Positions 11,448 through 22,815 of a DNA stretch of 64,000 nucleotides are shown piece after piece. The DNA lies in assembly GCA_034530615.2 (NCBI GenBank), contig JAVRCV020000006.1:123125-187124 (forward strand). Direction: 5' to 3'. Origin of the DNA: Aulosira sp. ZfuVER01 (lineage in GTDB: Bacteria; Cyanobacteriota; Cyanobacteriia; Cyanobacteriales; Nostocaceae). A program made the translations under genes and the position numbers. The notes beneath the pieces were generated by a model. The model saw only the letters and a program-made list of their open reading frames with translations, ran no database searches and was not told the origin of the DNA. Within the stretch, counting starts at the first letter, position 1; each line of letters opens with the position of its first letter.

Positions 11448-12764
11448 TCATGAATAATACTTCTGGCGTTGGCGAAAGTTTGCTACAGATTCTACTATTC
11501 CTAAAGCAATAAAGTTGGTCAGCATAGCAGAACGTCCGTAACTCATCCAGGGTAGGGGAATTCCAGCTACAGGTGCTAAACCCACTGTCATGCCAATATT
11601 AACAATTAGCTGAAAGACAATCATCGACAAAACACCAATAGCCAACAACGAGCCAAAATTATCTTTAGCAGTCTGAGCTACGTGCAGTAGGCGGAAGCAA
11701 ATTAAACAAAAGACAAAAAGTACAATCAAACAACCCACAAAACCAAATTCTTCCCCCACGGCGGAGAAAATAAAGTCTGTATGCTGTTCAGGTACAAAAT
11801 TTAGTTGGGTCATTGGGCCTTTGAATAGACCCCATCCCCAAATTTCGCCTGCACCAATGGCAATTCGAGATTGGATCAAGTGATACCCAGCACCCAGGGG
11901 GTCGTGTTCGGGGTTAATGAATACACTAAGCCGGTCTTTTTGATAACCTTTGAGTACATGATTCCAGGCAAAAACACCTAATTCACCACCTAGCATGTTG
12001 AGACTCCATGCACCTATGGCTCCCAGACCAAATTTTCGCCACGGAAGAGTCTGCCAACCAACAATAGCCATTGCTCCTGCCCAAAATAATCCTAATGGGC
12101 CAAAGGATAATTCTTTAAACAAAACTATCGGTTCTGATAACGGCCAAGAGATGCTAAATAAAATAGCGGCAACTATAGGAGAAATCATGAGTATCAACCA
12201 GCCTGGGTTAGCATTTGCCCAGTAAAGCATCCCTAAGACGATCGCACCAAAGACCAATGATGTTGCCAAGTCCGGTTGCAAAAATACTAATCCCCAAGGA
12301 ATAGCAGTGATTGCCAAGGCTCTAAAAACACTCTCAATGGTGGAAGCTGTGCGTTTGTGTAGCAAAGCCGCAAGGGTAATAATGATACCTACTTTGGCAA
12401 ACTCGGAGGGTTGAACATTAAAACCTGCAATACTAATCCACCGCTGTGCCCCTTTAGCGCTAGTACCAGCGATCATTACGGCAATGAGGCTAAAGTTTGT
12501 CAATCCATATGTTACCCAGTGCCACTGAAGCAGATTTTCATAACGGATACGAGCTAGAAATAAGGCTATAAACATACCAATACTAGCTACCAGCCAGTGC
12601 CACCACCAGTCAGTTACTGGCTGCTTTAATTCCGTGCTGAGGATCATGATGCCGCCAAAGATACTGACAGCAATAGGCAAACAAAATAGTAACCAATCTA
12701 CTTGCTGCCAAGGTTTGACCCAATTCTTCCAGCGAATTTTGGGGAGCGAACTTTTTAACAACAT
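11448..12764 (-). CDS. rodA: Rod shape-determining SEDS protein RodA
   Basis: GAQRWI, QPSEFAK, QPDL, PEQHTDFIF, PLPWMSYG. Confidence 0.93.
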   Translation of the reverse strand: MLLKSSLPKIRWKNWVKPWQQVDWLLFCLPIAVSIFGGIMILSTELKQPVTDWWWHWLVASIGMFIALFLARIRYENLLQWHWVTYGLTNFSLIAVMIAGTSAKGAQRWISIAGFNVQPSEFAKVGIIITLAALLHKRTASTIESVFRALAITAIPWGLVFLQPDLATSLVFGAIVLGMLYWANANPGWLILMISPIVAAILFSISWPLSEPIVLFKELSFGPLGLFWAGAMAIVGWQTLPWRKFGLGAIGAWSLNMLGGELGVFAWNHVLKGYQKDRLSVFINPEHDPLGAGYHLIQSRIAIGAGEIWGWGLFKGPMTQLNFVPEQHTDFIFSAVGEEFGFVGCLIVLFVFCLICFRLLHVAQTAKDNFGSLLAIGVLSMIVFQLIVNIGMTVGLAPVAGIPLPWMSYGRSAMLTNFIALGIVESVANFRQRQKYYS

Positions 12765-12865
12765 TGTGTGAGTTTAGACTTTAACTTGTAAATTTTAAAT
12801 TTAGTGACTACTAAAAATCTGTATTCCTAGGCTGTGACCCAGGAACCATATAGAATTGGAATTTC

Positions 12866-13936
12866 TTATGTCAAGGCTGCAACTGATACTTTACCAGCAA
12901 TGGCCAAGGCGATCGCAGTTAATGCTTTAGCGGACGCTGAATCTGGCTCGGCAACAACTATTGGTACACCGCTATCACCACCAACTCTTGTCGAAATTTC
13001 TAAGGGTACGCGCCCCAACAATGGGACTCCCAGTTCCGCCGCAGTTTTCTCACCACCACCGGAACCAAAGATATCGTACTGCGTATCTGGCATATCTGGG
13101 GGAATAAAATAGCTCATATTTTCTACTATTCCCAATACTGGTACGCTCATCTGCTGGAACATCCGCAGTCCTTTGCGTGAATCTAACAGTGCTACGTTTT
13201 GAGGTGTAGTCACAATTACTGCGCCTGCCATCGGTACTGCTTGAGTTAAAGTTAATTGGGCATCCCCCGTTCCTGGTGGCATATCTACAATTAGATAGTC
13301 CAGTTCTCCCCATTCCACTTGATAGAGAAATTGCCGAATTACGCCATTTAACATTGGTCCTCGCCAAATCACTGGCTGATCTCGGTCAATTAAAAAGCCC
13401 ATTGAGACTAATTTCACGCCGTGATTAAAAGCAGGTTCGAGTATGTCACCTTTGTCACTAGGGCGGACTGTAATTTGAGCATCAGTCAGTCCGAGCATGG
13501 TGGGATCGTTGGGTCCGTAAATATCGGCATCAAGTAAACCAACTTTTGCACCTGTCTGCGCTAGAGCAACTGCTACATTGACTGCTACTGTACTTTTACC
13601 AACACCACCTTTACCACTGGAAACAGCAACGATATTTTTCACACCAGTGACGCCCGTGCGATCGGGTAAGCTTTTTTGTTGAGGTGTTTCTGCTGTCACT
13701 TCTACGCTGACATCTGTCACGCCTGGCAGCTTTTTCACTGCTTTTTGACAGTCTTCAACGATAAACTCCCGTAAAGGACAGGCGGGTGTAGTCAACACTA
13801 AAGTGAAACTCACCTTGCCACCATCAATTTTGACGTTGCGAATCATATTCAGTTCTACCAGACTTTTCTGGAGTTCTGGGTCTTGTACTGGTCGCAACAC
13901 TTCTAGAACCGAGCGAGAATCGAGAACATCGTACAT
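12866..13936 (-). CDS. mrp: Mrp/NBP35 (ApbC) Fe-S carrier ATPase
   Basis: N-terminal DPEL...TTPACPL domain; SGKGGVGKST; DMPPGTGD; ENMS. Confidence 0.93.
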   Translation of the reverse strand: MYDVLDSRSVLEVLRPVQDPELQKSLVELNMIRNVKIDGGKVSFTLVLTTPACPLREFIVEDCQKAVKKLPGVTDVSVEVTAETPQQKSLPDRTGVTGVKNIVAVSSGKGGVGKSTVAVNVAVALAQTGAKVGLLDADIYGPNDPTMLGLTDAQITVRPSDKGDILEPAFNHGVKLVSMGFLIDRDQPVIWRGPMLNGVIRQFLYQVEWGELDYLIVDMPPGTGDAQLTLTQAVPMAGAVIVTTPQNVALLDSRKGLRMFQQMSVPVLGIVENMSYFIPPDMPDTQYDIFGSGGGEKTAAELGVPLLGRVPLEISTRVGGDSGVPIVVAEPDSASAKALTAIALAIAGKVSVAALT

Positions 13937-14150
13937 AAAAATTAAATTTCAAATTTCAAAAAGAAGAAATGCATTTGTGGCAAGTAACTTAACTACTAAC
14001 TGGATACTTTACTTGTGCTGCGATCGCTGTAATAAAACTTAAAAAAAATACATAATTAATCGATGGTAAATATTCGGTTTTTTGATGGATTTGTCATTTC
14101 TCTTTTATCCTTTGTTATTTCCTTCTCCCCAATGCCAAATTTCCTATTCC

Positions 14151-14675
14151 CTAAAAATCAAAACAACTGTCATTGAGATTTTTTTTCTGGCTGGGAACTG
14201 CTTGCAATGCAGCTTTTTCTACGGCTTCTACTAGGGAACGAGCCACGCGATCGACATAAGGACGGGACAAAGACCAGATTAAAGGCGACAACCAACCCCG
14301 TAGGGTCACAGAATAAGATAAACAAGTACCACACACTGTGGACTCTACTCGGTAAGTTATTCGTTCCTCAATCCCAGGAATCGCCAACACTCGGATACTC
14401 AGCATTTCTTGAGGATTAACACGCTCCACAAAAATCCGAATCGGAATTGGCGAAAAGCGCGTCACTGCTTGGAAAATTAATCCGGGTTTAGGTACTAATC
14501 CGTAAGGTACATTAGTACTCTTGAGTAGTGGATGCCAAGAAACGTCTGTGAAGTTTACCACCTGTTGCCAGAGTTCATCTACAGAAGCAGAACTAATTTC
14601 TCGATATGTTCGCACCAGAGAAGCGCAAAATCTACGACGTTTACGGTGAATAAATTTTGATAAACAACCTCGCAT
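14151..14675 (-). CDS. SRPBCC/polyketide cyclase-like family protein
   Basis: SASVDELWQQV..F...SWHP pattern; GGAGG RBS upstream. Confidence 0.7.
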   Translation of the reverse strand: MRGCLSKFIHRKRRRFCASLVRTYREISSASVDELWQQVVNFTDVSWHPLLKSTNVPYGLVPKPGLIFQAVTRFSPIPIRIFVERVNPQEMLSIRVLAIPGIEERITYRVESTVCGTCLSYSVTLRGWLSPLIWSLSRPYVDRVARSLVEAVEKAALQAVPSQKKNLNDSCFDF

Positions 14676-15127
14676 TTGCTTAATCCTCCTAGCTAAACAC
14701 TTTCTGGGAACTCTGGCATGGTGGGCAATTATACTCAGCCCTCAAATCGAACTTTCTCAAAATTGCCCTAACTATAGCAAGCCCCATAGGTTGCAAACAC
14801 TAGTACGATTATTGGGAGTTGACAAGCCCCAGCTTGTGAAACTCTTGAGCATTTCAGTCAAAACCTTGAAATCTCAAGGTTGAGAGTGCTAGTAACTCAT
14901 TCGCCAGAGTCTGGTGTAAACACCAGAATATTTCCATCAAGAAATTAAAAAAAAACTGCATTCAATATACAAGCCTATACGCATTTGAGGGAAAATAACT
15001 CTAGTCTTGCTAATCAATCGTAGAAATGCTTGACAAGTAAGAAAAAATCAGATTTTACCTTGTATTTGGTCAGAAATTTTTAATTATTTCTGATTTTTTG
15101 GAAATTGTAATTTAGGTTCGGGAATCT

Positions 15128-16180
15128 ATGTTGATCAACTCGCAAACCCCAACTCTGGACTTAGACTCATCCAAGTTTCTACCAGCAACTGACGCTAAAC
15201 AGAGAGTCAGTCAGTTCATGCAACAGTTACAAGACGAAATCACTCAAGCCTTGGGAGATTTGGATGGTGCTGGTAAGTTTCATGAAGATAGCTGGAAACG
15301 GCCAGAAGGAGGTGGAGGGCGATCGCGTGTTCTGCGTGATGGCGCAATATTTGAACAAGCTGGTGTAAACTTTTCTGAAGTTTGGGGTTCCCATTTACCA
15401 GCGTCAATTTTAACCCAACGTCCAGAAGCAGCCGGACACGGTTTTTATGCTACAGGTACTTCCCTGGTGTTACACCCGCGCAACCCCTACGTACCAACTG
15501 TGCATTTGAACTACCGCTATTTTGAAGCTGGGCCAGTTTGGTGGTTTGGAGGTGGTGCCGATTTAACACCTTACTACCCCTTTGCCGAAGATGCTAAACA
15601 TTTCCATCAAACACTGAAGCAAGCGTGCGATCAACATCACCCAGAGTATTACCCAGTCTTCAAGCGCTGGTGTGATGAATATTTCTATCTCAAGCATCGC
15701 GGCGAGACAAGAGGAATTGGGGGTCTATTTTTAGATTACCAAGATGGTCAAGGTGCTATCTATCGTGGACCCGATCCAAATGGGGAAGCAGCTAAATATA
15801 GCAACCAGGTAGGAACAATACCCCAACGCACTTGGGAAGAATTGTTTGCCTTGGTGCAAGACTGCGGTCGAGCCTTTTTGCCAGCTTACGCACCAATTGT
15901 AGAACGGCGCAATGGAATTGAATATGGCGATCGCGAACGGAATTTTCAACTCTATCGTCGGGGAAGGTACGTAGAATTCAACTTGGTTTACGATCGCGGT
16001 ACAATTTTCGGTCTGCAAACCAACGGACGTACGGAATCGATTCTGATGTCCCTACCACCTTTAGTGCGTTGGGAATACGGGTATCAACCAGATGCTCATA
16101 CTCCAGAAGCCGAATTGTATGAAACTTTCTTGAAGCCTCAAGATTGGATAAATTGGACACCCACTAATAGCGCTGAATGA
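15128..16180 (+). CDS. hemF: Oxygen-dependent coproporphyrinogen III oxidase
   Basis: [47 protein letters not shown]. Confidence 0.97.
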   Translation: MLINSQTPTLDLDSSKFLPATDAKQRVSQFMQQLQDEITQALGDLDGAGKFHEDSWKRPEGGGGRSRVLRDGAIFEQAGVNFSEVWGSHLPASILTQRPEAAGHGFYATGTSLVLHPRNPYVPTVHLNYRYFEAGPVWWFGGGADLTPYYPFAEDAKHFHQTLKQACDQHHPEYYPVFKRWCDEYFYLKHRGETRGIGGLFLDYQDGQGAIYRGPDPNGEAAKYSNQVGTIPQRTWEELFALVQDCGRAFLPAYAPIVERRNGIEYGDRERNFQLYRRGRYVEFNLVYDRGTIFGLQTNGRTESILMSLPPLVRWEYGYQPDAHTPEAELYETFLKPQDWINWTPTNSAE

Positions 16181-16582
16181 GCGTTGATGAGTATTGAGTT
16201 GGGAGTAAAACATCACAAAGCAATCCTGCAAAATCAAAATAGGAATGTTTCTGTTGTTTGCTTTACATCTCTATACTTTGCTTCTATTTTCTCTTCTTCT
16301 TATGTCAGCGCTGATCTGAGTACTCAGCCCTGTTTTAGTGAGTTAAACTACTAAAGAAAAGCACCTAGTAAAAAAGGGTGACATTTTTAGCTGTAGCTTG
16401 TTAATCTCAAGTATCAGCACTAAATTGTTCTGTTAGTGGTGAGTCAATTAATTTACTAAGTTCCTGGATTTCATCCTCATCACAAGAGCATGGAAATTTC
16501 CAGAAAAGCAAGTCTTTTGACTCACCAGTAACAGTCTTAAATACAGTAGTTAACTTTGACAGGACTGCCGCAGGGAGGCTCA

Positions 16583-16951
16583 GTGATTCAGATAGAGCAA
16601 AAAACCCACATCACCCAAGATGGTAATACCGTTATTGTCTTGGCACCAACAGGGCGCTTAGACATCACCACCGCTTGGCAATTTCGGCTGAAGTTACAGG
16701 AATGTATTTCCAAACTCAGTCGCCACGTAGTTGTGAATCTTAGTCAGGTAAACTTTATTGATAGTTCTGGTCTTACTTCTTTAGTAGCCGGGATGCGTGA
16801 CGCCGATAAACTCAAGGGTAGCTTCCGAATCTGTAATGTACATACAGAAGCAAAACTTGTGTTTGAAGTTACAATGATGGATACAGTCTTTGAAATCTTT
16901 GAAACTGAAGAGGAAGCTTTAGAAGGTGTGCCTCGTAGCATCGCCAGCTAG
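16583..16951 (+). CDS. STAS-domain anti-sigma factor antagonist (HmpV-like)
   Basis: GRLD...NLSQVNFIDSSGL phospho-Ser motif; GGAGG RBS before the GTG at 16583. Confidence 0.9.
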   Translation: MIQIEQKTHITQDGNTVIVLAPTGRLDITTAWQFRLKLQECISKLSRHVVVNLSQVNFIDSSGLTSLVAGMRDADKLKGSFRICNVHTEAKLVFEVTMMDTVFEIFETEEEALEGVPRSIAS

Positions 16952-17100
16952 AACTGTGCTGAGTTGTCAGTTTTGAGAAGCCAGCGCCTTGCTTTGGTTG
17001 CCAAAATTGTAGTCACTGGCGTTGCTGAGTTGAAGAATTGAGAAAAGCTACAGAAGTGAAGAGTATAGACAATGACTATTTTCCACAACTTCGTACTCAG

Positions 17101-17140
17101 CGAGAAGTTGCAAGGAGGGTTTCCCTCCAGGCAAACTTCG
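17101..17140. repeat. Small dispersed hairpin repeat between convergent genes
   Basis: GAAGTTGC..GGAGGG-ttt-CCCTCC..GCAAACTTC. Confidence 0.5.
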
Positions 17141-17152
17141 GTGGCTCAGAAC

Positions 17153-17749
17153 TCAGTACTGATTTCGCTTAGTATAGCGGTAAGGGCCTAAAATAGCTCC
17201 CCAAGTAGCTTTGCCAGTTGCTATATCAATTCCTTTATCGTAGCTGTGAAATTCTGTCGCAGAGGCTTCAAAACCTAAAGAAACTTGTATAGTGTTGCCT
17301 TGATAAGTAAAACGGCAACTAGTATTCGGTACTGGAGTCGCCACAAACTTATAGCAGTGAGGCGCTAGTGTTTGCTGGGTAATAGTGAGGACGCAACCCG
17401 GTAATAACTCTAATTGGTCAGGTGTCAAAGTATCGAGTAAAGTGGGATTGCGACCTGCACCTTGTAAACTGCCTGGATCTTTAGGCATATAATATTGCAC
17501 TTGCAGGTGTCCATCAAAGTCACGCCCTGCTTGTAACCGCATAATTCTCTGGCGGTAAGGATTATCTAGGTTGATAATACTGGCTTGTTCAGCAAATAAT
17601 GTAATACTGTCTTCTGTAAACAAATTAACTGGCCTTTGCCATAGGCGCAAGTGAACGTACCAAATAGGATCGGCTATAGCTTGTTCTTTATTGTCAAATT
17701 CACCAGCCAGGTATTCGCCTAGATCTGTTAACTGTGAGGATAAGCTCAT
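17153..17749 (-). CDS. cpcT: Phycobiliprotein chromophore lyase, CpcT/CpeT family
   Basis: LAGEFDNKEQA, HLRLWQRP, PYRQR, SYDKG, WGA..GPY. Confidence 0.85.
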   Translation of the reverse strand: MSLSSQLTDLGEYLAGEFDNKEQAIADPIWYVHLRLWQRPVNLFTEDSITLFAEQASIINLDNPYRQRIMRLQAGRDFDGHLQVQYYMPKDPGSLQGAGRNPTLLDTLTPDQLELLPGCVLTITQQTLAPHCYKFVATPVPNTSCRFTYQGNTIQVSLGFEASATEFHSYDKGIDIATGKATWGAILGPYRYTKRNQY

Positions 17750-17968
17750 AAATTTAGATGCACAATTTATCAAAAGTCCAGAGTCAATAGTCCTAAGTTT
17801 TTTGACCAATGACCATTGACAGCCTCAACTAGACATCGCAAGATACGCAGCTTGAGTCCTGTTTGAGTGAAAATATTGTAAACCGCCCACTTACAAGTTG
17901 AAACCCGAACTTGGCAAAGTAGCCTTTAAGCGAGACAATAAAACTACGTCGCCCTTAACATTTTCTTT

Positions 17969-18676
17969 GTGAATACCGTCCGTACTGTTTCTGATACTAA
18001 GCGAACTTTCTACACTGTTCACACCCGTCCAATCAACACGATTTATCGTCGGGTAGTGGAAGAGTTGATGGTGGAAATGCATTTGCTGTCAGTAAATGCC
18101 GATTTTAGCTACAATCCGATTTATGGCTTGGGCGTCGTCACTACCTTTGACCGCTTCATGCAAGGCTACCAACCGGAACGGGATAAGGAATCGATTTTTA
18201 GCGCCTTATGTCAGGCTGTAGAGCAGGATGAGCAACGCTACAAGCAGGATGCTGAAAGATTGCAAGAAGTGGCTAAAAGTTTACCAGCCAATGATTTAAT
18301 TGCGTGGCTCAGTCAAACTACCCACTTAAATCGAGATGCTAACTTGCAAGAGCAATTGCAAGCGATCGCCAACAATCCTAACTTTAAATACAGCCGCTTG
18401 TTTGCAATTGGTTTATTTTCTTTATTAGAACTGTCAGATCCAGAATTAGTAAAAGACGAAAAGCAACGCAACGAAGCTCTAAAAAATATTGCTAGCGGCT
18501 TGCATCTGTCTGATGAAAAATTGAGCAAAGATTTGGATCTGTATCGCTCTAACTTAGACAAAATAGCACAAGCACTAATAGTGATGGCAGATATGCTCTC
18601 CGCCGATCGCAAAAAACGCGAACAGCGGAAACAACAATCTACTACTTCAGTTGCACCTCCTAGTGCTAATGAATAG
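17969..18676 (+). CDS. psb29: Photosystem II biogenesis protein Psb29/Thf1
   Basis: RTVSDTKRTFY, EELMVEMHLL, KYSRLFAIGL, KDLDLYRSNL. Confidence 0.93.
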   Translation: MNTVRTVSDTKRTFYTVHTRPINTIYRRVVEELMVEMHLLSVNADFSYNPIYGLGVVTTFDRFMQGYQPERDKESIFSALCQAVEQDEQRYKQDAERLQEVAKSLPANDLIAWLSQTTHLNRDANLQEQLQAIANNPNFKYSRLFAIGLFSLLELSDPELVKDEKQRNEALKNIASGLHLSDEKLSKDLDLYRSNLDKIAQALIVMADMLSADRKKREQRKQQSTTSVAPPSANE

Positions 18677-18726
18677 TCAATAGTCAATAGTCAATAGGAA
18701 TAAACTTTTACTATTGACTATTGACT
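18675..18726. repeat. Inverted STRR 7-mer array (AGTCAAT / ATTGACT) between convergent genes
   Basis: agtcaatagtcaatagtcaatag...ctattgactattgact. Confidence 0.8.
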
Positions 18727-18741
18727 TTCAACTTGAAGTAT

Positions 18742-19107
18742 TTATACACCCATTAGACGGTAAATCAAATTGTTGATGATAGTGAGTGCAAACGCCCCTA
18801 AGACAGCACTCCAAATGCCGAAACGTAAGCGAAAGCCTTCTACTAACCAAGCCGCAATACTAAAACAAACAACGGCAATCATAAATGTGAATAAGCCGGA
18901 TAATAAGTTGAAGGTAAGCAAACTCGGTACTGCAAATAAAAGGCGCAGAATTGGTCTAACTAATGTAGTGACAATGCCAAGCACGGCCGCTGATAAGAAA
19001 GCTTTGTTTGGAGTATCAATTTCTACTCCTAAGGGTAACTTACTAATAATTAACAAGCTGACAGAAGTTACCAACCAAACAATTAAAATTGTCCAAATTT
19101 CATTCAT
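18742..19107 (-). CDS. 4-TM membrane protein, phage holin superfamily IV (YvlD/DUF360-like)
   Basis: GVEID, LVRPIL, LTFNL, VEGF.L..GIWSA.LGA. Confidence 0.8.
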   Translation of the reverse strand: MNEIWTILIVWLVTSVSLLIISKLPLGVEIDTPNKAFLSAAVLGIVTTLVRPILRLLFAVPSLLTFNLLSGLFTFMIAVVCFSIAAWLVEGFRLRFGIWSAVLGAFALTIINNLIYRLMGV

Positions 19108-19790
19108 GGCCACAACCCCTGAAACGTGAATGGCGAACGGCGTTGAAACTAAAGCAGTCCCAATGAGAAAATTTTCATCACCATAGTATGAAAAGCAAGA
19201 GAGACACGGTGAGACATTGCTGAACTCCGCACTCAGCACTTTCAAACTAGTCCCTCACGAGAAAATCCCATAACTCAGGGATTGAAAAATCCTTCTTCCC
19301 CTGTTCCCCATTTTCAAGTTAGGAGAGAGAAGATAAAAGGTTGACAAATGGGGATTTGAACTTCACCTGAAAGTCAGCTTAAGAAATCCCCTAAGACAGA
19401 TTGCAATTCTTTGCAGGGGGTCTTAAACTCCGATGGCATTTAGGTGGGGAATGTGAATATTTGTCCTCTACATTCTGTTTTCTGCACTTAGGTGGATAAA
19501 TTACTGAGTGTATCGGCAGAAAAATTTTTGAGAATTAACTTATTACTTGTAAATTAGCAGATTTTTTTTATTTAACCAAAATTTATTTTAGATATCTTTA
19601 GGTTTTAGAGCAGATTTCAAGGCAAGAGAGGTTACAAGGAGGACTAGCTTGGCAAACACGCATGGGTAGCGCGTATGCAAGGTAAATTAGGTTTTCCCTC
19701 CTTGTCTTCCCTTATTTGATTTTGTAGAGACTGCTGGGGTGAGCATTAGATTTTTATGTCTCTCATTACCTCAATCCCAGCGGCTCAGTA

Positions 19791-20432
19791 TCACCTTTGA
19801 GGAGCAGAGTTAGTTTTGCCTGGTGTTGTTGACTTGGGAACTACAGGAGCAATACCTGGATTAACAGAATTAGGATTGCGGGGAAAGTTAGGAGTAATAT
19901 TACCTTCGGGATTAATTCCAGGTACAGGTGCGTTGTTTGGTAAAGAATTAGTACCAGGATTAATAGGGAAGGATGGAATTACAGGTAGGTTTGAATTAGA
20001 TGTTTGAGATGGTCCTGGTATAATTCCCAAAGCTACGCGATCGCCTCCCACTTGTCGCAGTAAATCCAATGTCTCAATCACATCGTTGTATGTTGCTGTC
20101 CGCGACGCATTCAGCACTAAAACACCGGTAGGATTTTCTTGGACATACTTCTTTAAAATATCTGCCAATTGCTCTCGTCTGACCATTTGTTTTTCTACGT
20201 AAGTCTGACCTACAGCATCAATAGTCACAGGTAATATATTGCTATTGCCCTGTAAACTCGCTGTGGGTGATGTACCAGTGTTAGCTTTAGGCAAATCAAT
20301 ATTAATTGCTTGTTGGCGAGTAAATTGCAAAGCCGCTAACAGAAAAAATGTCAGGATGCAAAAAACGACATCAATTAAGGGAATGAGTTGAATTTGGAAA
20401 TCTTCAACCGGAGTATGCAAATTAACTTTCAT
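19791..20432 (-). CDS. exbD: Biopolymer transporter ExbD/TolR with Pro/Asn-rich tail
   Basis: IPLIDVVFCILTFF TM motif. Confidence 0.88.
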   Translation of the reverse strand: MKVNLHTPVEDFQIQLIPLIDVVFCILTFFLLAALQFTRQQAINIDLPKANTGTSPTASLQGNSNILPVTIDAVGQTYVEKQMVRREQLADILKKYVQENPTGVLVLNASRTATYNDVIETLDLLRQVGGDRVALGIIPGPSQTSNSNLPVIPSFPINPGTNSLPNNAPVPGINPEGNITPNFPRNPNSVNPGIAPVVPKSTTPGKTNSAPQR

Positions 20433-20476
20433 TGTTTTACACTTATGTATGCTTGGTTCAAGAATTGAATTCTTAG

Positions 20477-21235
20477 CTATTGTTCCGGATCTAAAGAATC
20501 AGTTCCATCTGAAATTTCTGGAGAATCAGAAAATTTGTTTCTGCCTCGTTTTCGGGGTGGGGTGAAATTTTCTCGTGAAGATTCCCGCAGAATTATTGAT
20601 GGTTGATTGCTAAAATCAGGTGGCGATTGACGGTAGAGCAACTCCAAATCATTCCCAGCTTTCCGAAAAACTTTGACCTGGTTGACTACAAAACTTTGAA
20701 ATAGGCGATAAAACACCAAACTAACAATGGCGACTATTAGCCCAGTTGCCGTACTAATTAGGGATTCGCCAATACCTGTAGTTACCCCGGCTGTAGATTC
20801 GGTTCCCAAGTCACCAATACGAATTGCTCGCAGAGATTGGATTAGGCCTAAAACCGTACCTAACAAACCCAAAAGTGGTGCAAGAGCAATCACAGCTTCT
20901 AAAAGTTTTTCACCCCGCCGCATTCCAGCTAACTCATCTTCTGCGGTTGCTTCCAAAGCCAAGCGAAAAGTTTCTGTATCGGGTTTCAATAAGCGTAAGG
21001 GGGCGAAGAGAAACCTACCTATGGGCTGATTAGTTGCTTGTTTGGCAATTTCCGCAGCTGTTTCCCAATTCTCAGTGGCAGCATCTAAAACGCGATCGAC
21101 TATTTCTTTTTCTTGAGTTAAAATTCGCAGCCAGAACCAAAAACGCTCAAAAATTACACTCAAAGCTAAAATCGACAGTGCCAGCAAAGGCCACATTGCT
21201 GGGCCGCCCTTGTGAAACAAATCTAAAATATCCAC
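20477..21235 (-). CDS. exbB: MotA/TolQ/ExbB proton channel
   Basis: [25 protein letters not shown]. Confidence 0.9.
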   Translation of the reverse strand: MDILDLFHKGGPAMWPLLALSILALSVIFERFWFWLRILTQEKEIVDRVLDAATENWETAAEIAKQATNQPIGRFLFAPLRLLKPDTETFRLALEATAEDELAGMRRGEKLLEAVIALAPLLGLLGTVLGLIQSLRAIRIGDLGTESTAGVTTGIGESLISTATGLIVAIVSLVFYRLFQSFVVNQVKVFRKAGNDLELLYRQSPPDFSNQPSIILRESSRENFTPPRKRGRNKFSDSPEISDGTDSLDPEQ

Positions 21236-21458
21236 TGTTTCGGTCTCCTCCCGCCATATCTAGAGCAAATATGCTAAAGCATTTTAATTCTAGAGATTAA
21301 TGTAAAATGAGGGGCTTCCCAAAAATAAATTTCTCAAGAAACTGAAAACCCAATGTGAACTAGAGAACTGTGCGTAGTAACCCAGAAGCAAGAATATCAT
21401 GACTTGAGAGTTAGTTTAGCTGTAGGAATTTTAATAAAAAATTTTAACGAAAATACTG

Positions 21459-22713
21459 TTAAGTCCTTGAGACTGCTGTGCTAACTTGCTGCCGGATAGG
21501 TAATTGAATTACAAATTCACTTCCTTCACCAAGGGTAGAAAAACACTGCAATTTGCCTCCATGTTTTTCGTTGATAATTTGATAGCTAATTGCCATGCCC
21601 ATACCTGTGCCTTTACCCACAGGTTTGGTAGTGAAGAAGGGATTGAAGATGCGGTTTTTCACTTGTTCCGGCATTCCTAAGGCGTTATCAGCGATCGCAA
21701 TTTCCACCCACTGCGAATCATTAACTGAGGTGCGGATGGTAATCTGACTGGGATTTTCTTCTATTTCCTGATAGGTGCGCTTGAGGTTTAGCTCGTCTAA
21801 AGCATCTATGGCATTCACCAAAATATTCATCAAAACTTGATTGAGTTGTCCGGGATAGCATTCTATGTAGGGCAAGTTACCATAATCCCGAATTACTGAA
21901 ATTGCTGGACGTTCTGGTTTGTCTTTGAGACGGTGTTGCAAAATCAACAGCGTACTTTCAATTCCTTCATGAATGTCAACTACTTTAAATTCCGCCTCAT
22001 CCATGCGGGAAAAGTTCCGTAACGATAGCACAATGCTACGAATTCTGTCAGTCCCCATTTTCATCGAAGCTAGCATCTTCTGTAAATCCTCGATCAGGAA
22101 CTCCAGATCGATTTCCTCAGCTAAGGCTTGCACCTCTGAATCATTGCTGGGATGGCGTTGTTGATAGAGATGGATCATTCTGAGCAAATCTTGAGTGTAG
22201 CTGTTCAAATGAGTAATATTACCGTGGATAAAGTTCACCGGGTTGTTGATTTCATGTGCCACACCTGCCACCAGTTGACCAAGACTAGACATTTTTTCAC
22301 TTTGAACAACTTGTGCTTGGGTGCGCTGCAATTCACTCAAAGTAGTTTTGAGTTCGACAGTGCGTTCTTCTACCCTGTCTTCTAACTCTGCCTTACTGTT
22401 TTCTAACGCCGTAAAAGATTCACGCAATTGCCCTGCCATGTGATTAAAGGAATTGGCAAGTGTATTGAGTTCCTGAATGTTACTAATCCCTCTTTTGTTA
22501 CTTTCAGCAGAGAATAATCCCTAAGTCTTATTATTGGGTTATTTATCAACAAGCTAAGTTAAATGAGAAAATGATCATGCGATCGCTCAATTGATGATTT
22601 TGTCTAAGGTTCAGATTGGGTAGAGTATTATTCTCTCCCCGTAGTGATAAAAGAGGGATAAGAACCATCTGTAGTGGAAACGTTTTAAATATGCCGGAGT
22701 AATGCTTGTTCAT
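21459..22713 (-). pseudogene. Disrupted TM-Cache-HAMP sensor histidine kinase; intact kinase core remains as ORF 21459-22439
   Basis: N-terminal remnant MNKHYSGIFKTFPLQMVL from ATG 22713; half HAMP SNIQELNTLANSFNHMAGQL; core with AHEINNP, NILVNA, DNALG, FFTTK, GKGTGMG. Confidence 0.8.
22486..22659. mobile_element. MITE-like element, 174 bp, with about 33-bp imperfect terminal inverted repeats
   Basis: Left ATCCCTCTTTTGTTACTTTCAGCAGAGAATAAT versus reverse-complemented right end ATCCCTCTTTTATCACTACGGGGAGAGAATAAT (26/33). Confidence 0.7.
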
Positions 22714-22806
22714 CGTTAAGTTAAATTTTTTTCTAGCGTTAGTGCTTCACCTAGCGAAGACTAAGTAATTTTATGCAAAATATTTAAAATAAATACTTAG
22801 ATACTT

Positions 22807-22815
22807 AGTATTCCC
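22807..22815 (-). promoter_or_regulatory. Candidate SigJ-type extended -10 element (GGGAATACT)
   Basis: Perfect GGGAATACT on the minus strand about 95 bp upstream of the original kinase ATG. Confidence 0.45.

Noticed and set aside
11106..18726. Short repeat clusters as CRISPR arrays
   Set aside because: They are 7-mer tandem or inverted STRR repeats without unique spacers, and no cas genes are present
18742..19107. Holin gene as evidence of a prophage
   Set aside because: This 4-TM family is common on chromosomes; no endolysin, integrase or structural genes nearby
19651..19700. c-di-GMP-I riboswitch (GGCAAAC...GCAA)
   Set aside because: Lacks the GNRA loop and second stem, and no gene lies downstream on that strand
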